Source: Mobula hypostoma (lineage: Eukaryota). From it: a stretch of DNA of 60,000 bases. Position numbers and translations under genes: made by a program. The DNA lies in the NCBI RefSeq assembly GCF_963921235.1, contig NC_086097.1, positions 123,940,001 through 124,000,000 on the forward strand, read 5' to 3'. Below are positions 52,097 to 60,000 of this stretch, in pieces (positions within the stretch are counted from its first letter, which is position 1; each line of letters opens with the position of its first letter). The notes below the pieces were generated by a model. That model searched no databases and had not been told where the DNA came from. It worked only from the letters and a program-made list of their open reading frames with translations.

Positions 52097-52775
52097 ACAC
52101 ACAAAATACTCTGCAGATGCTGGGGTCAAAGCAACACTCACAACACGCTGGAGGAAATCAGCAGGTTGGGCAGCATCCGTGGAAATGATCAGTGAACGTT
52201 TCGGGCCGGAAACCTTCGTCAGGACTGAAGAGGGAAGGGGCAGAGGCCCTATAAAGAAGGTGGGGGGAGGATGGGAAGGAGAAGGCTGGTAGGTTCCAGG
52301 TGAAAAACCAGTAAGGGGAAAGATAAACGGGTGGGGGAGGGAAAGCAGGGAGGGGATAGGCAGGAAAGGTGAAGAAGGAATAGGGGAAAACACAATGGGT
52401 AGTAGAAGGAGGCAGAACCATGAGGGAGGTGATAGGCATCTGGCGATAGGGGTAGAGTGAAATAGGGATAGGGGAAGGGAGGGGAGGGAATTACCGCAAG
52501 TTGGAGAATTCTATGTTCAAACCAAGGGGCTGGAGACTACCTAGATGGTATATGAGGTGTTGCTCCTCCAACCTGAGTTTATCCTCATCATGGTAGTAGA
52601 GGATGCCACGTATGGACATATCCGAATGGGAATGGGAAGCAGGGTTGAAGTGGGTGGCAACCGAGAGATCCTGTCTGTTGTGGCGGACGGAGCGGAGGTG
52701 CTCGATGAGGTGGTCCCCCAATCTGCGTCGGGTTTCACCGATGTAGAGGAGGCCGCACCGGGAGCACTGGATCAT
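52097..52775 (-). mobile_element. Penelope-like element: GIY-YIG endonuclease C-terminus plus terminal repeat
   Basis: CSRCGLLYIGETRRRLGDHLIEH...VATHFN...LEEQHLIY.LGSLQP.GLN. Confidence 0.93.
52190..52227 (-). ncRNA. Minimal type I hammerhead ribozyme motif (Penelope-associated)
   Basis: CAGUC CUGACGA AGGUUUCCGGCCC GAAA CG UU CACUG: both core boxes intact, with mismatches in the stems. Confidence 0.6.
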
Positions 52776-53179
52776 TGTAACTGCATCCACCCCAAAGAGC
52801 CAAACTTAAAAGCATAAATTTAAAATCACTTGAAGTTGATATTTGAACTTGAAATCATAGGCATGCAAAGTATTGGTGACTTTGGATTTGATGAAATGTG
52901 TTGTGAGCTATGACAGTCAACCATTACAGCTACTGATGGGCAGAGTTGATTTATTTGGAGTTGGCAGGAGTCAACACTGATAAGACTTTATCTATGAAAT
53001 GCATTTGTTCATCTGTACGTGGATGGCAATAACAGTTCTCACTTGTGTGTTGAGGGCTTTATGAAATACAATACTAAGCACACATTTAGTTTATCACAGA
53101 GATCAGTGAGACTTGTCAATGCACTGACGAAAGGAATATTGCGAAAGTGTTCAAGACTAACACAAAGAAATCAAATCAT

Positions 53180-53410
53180 AAACACAAGAGATCCTGCAAA
53201 TGCTGGAAATGTCGAGTAACACACACAAAATGTCAGAGGAACTTAACAGGTCCGGCAGCAACTATGGAGGAGAATAAACACGGTGTTTTGCGCCGAGGCC
53301 CTTCATTAGGGCTGGAAAGGAAGAGGGAAGAAGGTGGAGGGAAGGGACAGGGTACAAGCTGGCAGGTGATAAGTGAAACCATGTGATGGGGAAGGTAGAG
53401 GGTTGGGGGA
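53180..53410 (-). mobile_element. Penelope-like terminal repeat fragment
   Basis: Same terminus as 52097-52300, degenerate. Confidence 0.7.
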
Positions 53411-53854
53411 AAAAGGCATTGTGTTAAATTACCGAACATAGCTACGTTCCACAGTTGGCTTTGAAGAAGCAGAAGGCTCTGAACATGATTATAATTTGAC
53501 TGAATGAAGCTCATAGAAGTGAGCAAAAAGGAAAAGAAAATCTATGACTCAAGTCAAGGGGAGAAAAGATTCTAACTGCAGTACACAGCAGAGTTTTAGT
53601 CACACAGCTAATGACACTTGTAAATGGGAGGCATAGGCATTAGTGGAAGAATGCAGACAGAGTTGACAAAATGGACTGGGAATATACTTAAGATTAAAGA
53701 CTATGGGTCAGCAGGGATACTCGTTTAAGAAGATACTTCATTCGTCTCACCAGAGGTATATTCCAGTGAGAAAGGCCCCACTGAAGACTGAAAGAAGACA
53801 TACAATGTTGCAAGGATTAATGGCAGTCACGTACATTTAGATTTTATTTAGAAC

Positions 53855-56493
53855 TGGGGCAGGACACATTGTTCCAGACATGATAGAGTGGGAGGGATTA
53901 AAGGGGGAGGGGTGGCATTACTTGTCAGGCAAAATGCCATGTCAGTGCACAGTTAGGACAGACTGGAGAGCTCGTCTAGTGAGGCTTTATGGGTAGAACT
54001 AAGGAATAAGAAAGGTATGACCATATTAATGGGATTATATCATAGACCACCCATCAGTCAGCGGGATTTAGAGCAGTAAATTTGTAGAGAGATCAGTGAC
54101 GGTTGAAAGAAACATAAGGCTGTGATAATAGGCAAATTTAACTTTCCATATATTGACTGGGACTCCCATATGTAAAAGGTCTGGATGGGAAAGCAGTTGT
54201 CAAATGTGTTCAAGAAAGTTTCCCAACTAGAGAGTTGATACAAGATCTTTTATTAGGGAATGAGACAGGGCAGGTGACAGAAGCTTGTGCAGGGGAACAT
54301 TTTGCATCTAATGACATAATGCCATTAGTTTCAAGGTAATTATGGAAAAGGATAGGCCTGGTCCTCAGATTGAGATTCTAAATTAGAGAAAGGCCAACTT
54401 TGATGGTATCAGAGAGGATCTGGCAATTGTGGATTAGGACAGGTTGTTTTCTGGCAAAGGTGTACTTGGTAAGGGGGAGGCCTTTAAAAGTGACATTTTG
54501 AGAGTACAGATTTTGTATGTACAGGATAAAAAGCAAGGATAACATGGAACCTTTGCTTTTGAGAAATATTGAGGCTCTGGTTGAGAAAAAGAAGGGAGGT
54601 ACCTAGCTGGTATAGGCAGGCAGGAACAAATGAAGTACATGAGAAGTATAAGAAATGCAAGAGAACACTTAAGAAAGAAATCAGGAGAGCTAAAAGATAA
54701 TAATGAGATTGCTGTAGCAGGTAAGGTGAAGGAGAATTCTAAGGGCTTCTGCAGATATATTAAGAGCAAAAGGATAGCAAGGGACAAAACTGGTTCTCTG
54801 GAAGATCAGACTGGTAACTTATGCTGAGAGCCGAAGAGATGGGGGAGATTTTAAATGAAATGTTTGCATCTGTATTTACTCAGGAGACGGGCACAGAATC
54901 GAAAGATGTGAGGTCATGATCTTATACAGATTACAGAGAAGGAGGTGTTTGCTGTCTTGAAGCAAATTAAGGTGGATAATTCCCAGGGCCTGACAAAGTG
55001 TTCGCTTGAACCCTGAGGGAGGCAGAAATTGCAGGGGCCCTAGCAGAAATATTTAAAGCATCCTTAGCTACAGGTGAAGTGCTGGAGGATAAGAGAAAAG
55101 ATAATGGTGTTCCATTGTTTAAGAAAGGAAATTAAAGACCAGTGAGCCTGATGTGAGTAGTGGGAAAGTTATTGGAAAGTATTCTAAGGAACCAGATACA
55201 GTATATAAGTGTTTGAACAGACAGAGACTGGTTAGGGACAGTCATGGCTTTCTGTGTGGTAACTCATGTCCAGCCTATCTTATACTGTTTTTCGAGGAAG
55301 TTATCAAGAAAGTTAATGAAGGTAAGGCAGTAGAAGTCATATACAAAGACTTTCACAAGGCCTTCAACAAGGCCCCACATGGGAGTTTGGTCTTGGCATT
55401 CACGATGAGGTAGAAAATTGGATTAGACATTGGCTTCGAGGAAGAAGTCAGAGAGTGGTTGTAGATGGCTGCCTCCCTGACTGGAGGCCTGTGACTAGTG
55501 CAGAGTCGCAGGAATCGGTGCTGGGTCTGTTGTTGTTTATCATCTCTATCAACAATCTGGATGATAATGTAGTAAACTGGATCAGCTAATTTGCGGATGA
55601 CACCAAGATTGAGGATGTAGTTGACAGCGAAGAAGATTAGCAAAGCCTGCAGTGGGAACTAGACTAGTTGGAAAAATGGGCTGAAAAATGGCAGATGGAA
55701 TTTAATTCAGACAAACATGAGGTGTTGCACTTTGGGAAGACTGACCTGGGTAGGTCACTCAATACGTGACCAGTACGACACTCAGGAGTGCAATAGAACA
55801 GAGGGATCTGGAAATAGAGATCCATAACTCCTAGAAAATGGTGTCACAGGTAGATAGGGTCATAAGGGAAGCTTTTGGCAGATTGACCTTCATAAATCAA
55901 TGTATTGAGTACAGGAGTTGGAATGTTAAGTTGAAATTTTACAGGACATTGATGACGTCTAAGCATAGTGTGCCGTTTTGGTCACCTACATAGAGGAAAG
56001 ATGTAAATAAGATTGAAAGAGTGCAGAGAATATCTACAAGGATGTTGCCAGGACTTTAGGACCTGAGTTATAGGGAAAGGTTGAACAAGTTTGGACTTTA
56101 TTCCCTGGAGCGTAGAAGATTGAGGGGAGATTTGATAGAGGTAAACAAATTATGAGGGGTATAGATAGGGTAAATACAAGCAGGCTTTTTCTACTGTTGC
56201 TCTACTACAAATGGAGGTCATGGGTTAAGGGTGAAAAGTGAAATATTTGAGGGGAACATGAGGGGGATTTTTTTCACTCAGGGAGTTACGAGTGTAAAAC
56301 AAGCTGCCAGTGGAAACAGTAGATGCGGAGTCGATTTCAAAATGTAAGAGAAATTTAGATATGTTCATGGACGAAAGGGTATGTGGCCGCTATGGTCCAG
56401 GTGCAGGTCGATAGGACTAGGCAGATTAATGGTTTGGCGCAGACTAGATGGACCATAGGGCCTGTTTCTGTGCTGTCGTGTTCTATGACTCTG
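53855..56493 (+). mobile_element. Decayed CR1 LINE (EN-RT)
   Basis: GGGVALLV, VIIGKFNFP, KVKENSKGFCRYIKSKR and FADDTK remnants; CR1 3' terminus. Confidence 0.9.
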
Positions 56494-56612
56494 CCCAGGC
56501 AAAGAATGCAAACTAAACAAGAAAATAGAATATGGCTTTAAACTGGTAATTAATAAATAGTAGCAAGTAATACATGGTAAAAGTTGTTTCTACAGTTCTA
56601 TAGAAAGGAGGA

Positions 56613-57120
56613 GTTCAAAGTTCAGAGCAAGGTTATCATCAAAGTATATATACGTCACCAAATACTACCCTGAGATTCATTTTCTTGTGGACATTCACAG
56701 TAAAACAAGAAAGTACAATAGAATCAATGGAAAACTAAAGACTGACAAACAACCAATGTGCAAAAGAAGACAAAGAGTGCAAATACAAAAAAATTTATTA
56801 AGTAAGTAGTAATGAGAACTTGAAAGTGAATCCATAGGTTGTGGAATTTAATTGAATATTCAGTTGACTGAAGTTATCCACTCTGGTTCAGCAGCCTGAT
56901 GGTCATAGGGTTGTAGGCTTCCTGAACCTGGTGGTGTGGGACCTAGTGCCTGTACCCCTTGCCTAGTGGTAGATGAGAGAAGAGAGCATGGCCTGGATTA
57001 TGGGGGCCCTTGATGATGGATACTGCTTTCTTGTAGCAGCATTCCTTGTACATGTGCTCAATGATGGGGAGGGCTTTTCTTGTGATGGACTGGGGCATAT
57101 CCACCACTGTTTTTAGACGT
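56613..57120 (-). mobile_element. Rex1/Babar 3' fragment
   Basis: KKAVSIIKGPHNPGHALFSHLPLGKGYR plus family 3' UTR. Confidence 0.85.
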
Positions 57121-57525
57121 ACAATACAATGTTGCAAGGATTAATGGCAGGCAAGAAGATTTGGAATATTTTTTAGAAACACGCAAAGAATGATGAAGAA
57201 AACAGAATATGGCTATGAACTAGCAAAGAATAAAAAGTAGCAAATAATACAAAATGATTTATAGTAAAAGTTTCTAAAGTTCCATTGAAAGGGAGAGAGT
57301 AGCTAAATTCATTGCTCGTCACTTAGAGGGTGGGATTGGGGAATCAGTAATTGGAAATAATTAAATTACAGCGATTCTAAATATATCGTCAAATCTTTGA
57401 CTTTCTAAAATGTATCTAACCTGTACAAATGAATAAAAGAGCTTGTGATAAATCTCAAACAGCATTAAAAACACGCCATTGAAATTAATGATATTTCCCA
57501 TTTTAAAGTTACACACCAGTAATTA

Positions 57526-58059
57526 CACTCAGTGGCCACTTTACTAGGTACACCTGTACACCAGCTTGTAAATGCAAATATCTAACCAGCCAATCATGTG
57601 GCAGCAACTCAGTGCATAAAAGCCCATGTAGACATAGTCAAGAAGTTCAGATGTTTTTTCAGACCAAACATCAGAATGGGGATGAAAGTGACTTTAAACT
57701 TGTTGGTGCCTGACAGGAGGTTTGAGTTTGGTAGAAGCTACTATCTCCTGGGATTTTCAGGCACAATAGTCTCTAGAGTTTAGAGAATGGTGAGAAAAAC
57801 AAAACAAAAATCCAGTGACTGGCAGTTCTGTGGGCGAAAACACCTGGTTAATGAGAGGTCAGAGGAGAATGGCCCGATTGGTTCAAGCTGGCTGGAAGAG
57901 GACAGTAACTCAAATAACCAGGCATTACAGTAGTGGTGTGGAGAACAGCATCTCTGAATGCACAACATGTCGAACCTTGGCGTGGATGGACTACAGCAGC
58001 AGAAGATCACGGACATACGCTCAATGGCAACTTTATTAGGTACCAGAGGCCACTGAGTG
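57526..58059 (+). mobile_element. Tc1-like non-autonomous element
   Basis: TA plus cactcagtggccactttactaggtacacc left TIR; ggccactgagtg right end; RGQRRMARLVQA transposase remnant. Confidence 0.88.
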
Positions 58060-58189
58060 GAAACTTGCTGAACATTCATTTGGCACATCAGACTCTTCGC
58101 TGAAGTTCAAGTGAAAAGGGACGGGTGAACAAACGGTGGGACTGAGAAGTCTAATTCCCAAAGAGTGTTGTTCCCTGCCATCACCTTAC

Positions 58190-58226
58190 CTGTGCTCAAT
58201 TTGCCTGACACGTTTTCTTGCTCCAT
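58190..58226 (-). CDS. rgs22: RGS22-like, first coding exon (MEQENVSGKLST-E)
   Basis: ATG at 58226; strong phase-1 donor CAG|gtaagg; phase matches the next exon; KLSTEPP resembles RGS22 RLTAEPP; lies in a CpG-enriched region. Confidence 0.75.
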
Positions 58227-58800
58227 CGGCAACGTCTGGGTTCCGTGCAAACTCGATTACCGCAATTTCGGCACCGATTGTAAATGTTCCCGGGGGGGGG
58301 GGGGAAGCGCAATTAGAAAAGGAAGAATTTCAGCTTTCAGTTCTGCTTGTGGAATATCGCGCGTTGCAATTAATTTCTTTTGTAATTTTCAGCAGGAAAT
58401 GGGCACATGGGGATGTTGAGCCCGCCCAATGAGAGCAGCAGTTTTGTGTCGAATTGTGTTGCTATGGAGGTAGACGGAGAAACTTTAATCGCGACCTAAA
58501 CAAACAAATGCTCTCGCAATCTTCGTCCTTCAACTGGGATACCAAAATTCTCTAACCTGTCTGCTCAGTTGACAATTTTAACATCTATATGACCAGGCAA
58601 ATTTCAATGTCTGCGACCGCCAGCGAGATCTGTGTCTGCCCCGTAACCTAAACTGTAGTCCAGACCTGCTAAACATATGTTGCTCCCTTGGCCCTCACCG
58701 CTGATCTTTCCAACACTGCTTTCGCTTTGTTTGAGAACACCAGCAAGTAATCAAACGTCACAAAGCAGCAAATCACAACCCCAATTCGTGAGCTAAGGAA
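58227..58800 (-). promoter_or_regulatory. Putative rgs22 promoter/5' UTR
   Basis: Locally CpG-enriched and TE-free; GC box and CCAAT (cccgcccaat, 58421-58430); X-box-like gttgctatgg (58458-58467). Confidence 0.55.
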
Positions 58801-58861
58801 GGCCGTTGCAGTTTAAAGAGTGAGGGGAAAGGGAAAGAAATTTTATACAGTATCATTTACA

Positions 58862-58985
58862 TAATCATCACTGAATCAGATTTAGACCTGATACATCTTG
58901 TTTTAGCAGTAATGCTATCATCCATTTCCTTAATTAATCCTCACTGAATCAGATTTGGACTTGATACATACTGTTTTAGCAGTAA
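58862..58985 (+). repeat. 51-bp direct repeat with a 73-bp period
   Basis: 58862-58912 versus 58935-58985, 5 mismatches. Confidence 0.9.
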
Positions 58986-59743
58986 CTTTATTAATTCTGA
59001 AACATTAATAAAACTTTGACATAAAAGCAGAATTAGGCCATCCAGCCCATCAAGTGTTCTCCACCATCCCATCATAGTTGATTTATTATCCCTCTCAACC
59101 CCATTCTTTTTCCTTCTCCCCATAAGCCAATCCCTAAAGGCAATCTACAATCTCATTTCATCTGCTTTACCAGTCAAGCTATGTGTATTGAAATAGATGT
59201 AATTTAAGGTCCTGTCTGACCCTTCATTGTAAACATGGCTATCCTGATTGCTAGCTCTACACACTTTGGTTCCTGTCTTCTCAGTGACTTCATTTGAGTG
59301 ACACTGCTCTGCCAATCTAATCTAAACCTTCCTTAGTGTTGTCAATACTCCAGCAGTATTTGAATAGCATTGTAAATGTATTGTTTGATTAAGCATTCTT
59401 GTTTGTTTGAATAATTCATTCCAAGTTTTTTGCAAAAATAAGTGAATTGCATATGTCATGATGCTAACACGTGATATGTGTACAACTTGCTTAAAGTATA
59501 TTTGAAGTTAGATATATTATTCCTGACTCCCTTGTCAGTGAAACATTTGAGTTAAAGAAAAGTTCAGTGAGAAATGGTAGGGGTTTTAAAAAGCACAGCG
59601 CATTTTTTTTTCTTCAGAGCAGCATGTTTTCTTTGCAAAAGGAAAGACAATCGAGTTCTTAAAAAGGCAGAAAACGGTAGAATTGACAGGTTCCTAAACA
59701 GTGAGTACCAGATGATAATAATAATAAACAAAAACAAACAGAA

Positions 59744-60000
59744 ATGACCAGCTATATCGGAAAGATTGGCACATTCCATTGCACAACAGATAACTGGTTC
59801 ATGTATTCTGAGTGTATAGAGCAGTATTTTTGAAGCAAATGAAATAGCTAATGAGAATTGAATGCCAATTTTGCTGAGTGCATTGGATTTAAAAGCATAC
59901 AGTTTGATTAGATATTTGACTGCTGCAACCAAACCAGCTGAAATGAGCTTTGCTGATATTGTGAAAGTAACGCTGAAAATTTTAAAACCAAAACCATTGT
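59744..60000 (+). mobile_element. Gypsy LTR retrotransposon gag N-terminus, decayed; runs off the window
   Basis: MTSYIGKI...DNW.MY.E.IEQYF/EANEI...LLSAL..KAYSLIR.LTA.TKPAEMSFADIVK...KPKPL, with one frameshift and one stop. Confidence 0.8.

Overview
Repeat-dense vertebrate DNA, probably elasmobranch (shark or ray). That is an inference from HE1/V-SINE-like SINEs and very abundant CR1 LINEs. The single host gene is an RGS22-like gene on the minus strand. I assembled eight in-phase coding exons with canonical GT-AG sites: 58226-58190, 41640-41612, 37963-37901, 30866-30645, 29242-29157, 28569-28422, 23801-23657 and 14011-13279. The gene continues beyond the left edge, and a CpG-enriched promoter with RFX X-box-like, CCAAT and GC motifs lies at about 58.2-58.8 kb. 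The introns hold nested transposons: CR1, Rex1/Babar, L1/Tx1, Penelope-like elements carrying hammerhead-ribozyme motifs, Tc1, several hAT elements and SINEs. A Gypsy gag begins at the right edge. The most unusual item is a decayed class I fusion glycoprotein (env-like) gene at about 44.3-47.3 kb, with RRKR, ALGVAT, a heptad-like run and many sequons, split by a twin-primed L1. All family and homology calls are from remembered motifs, not database searches.
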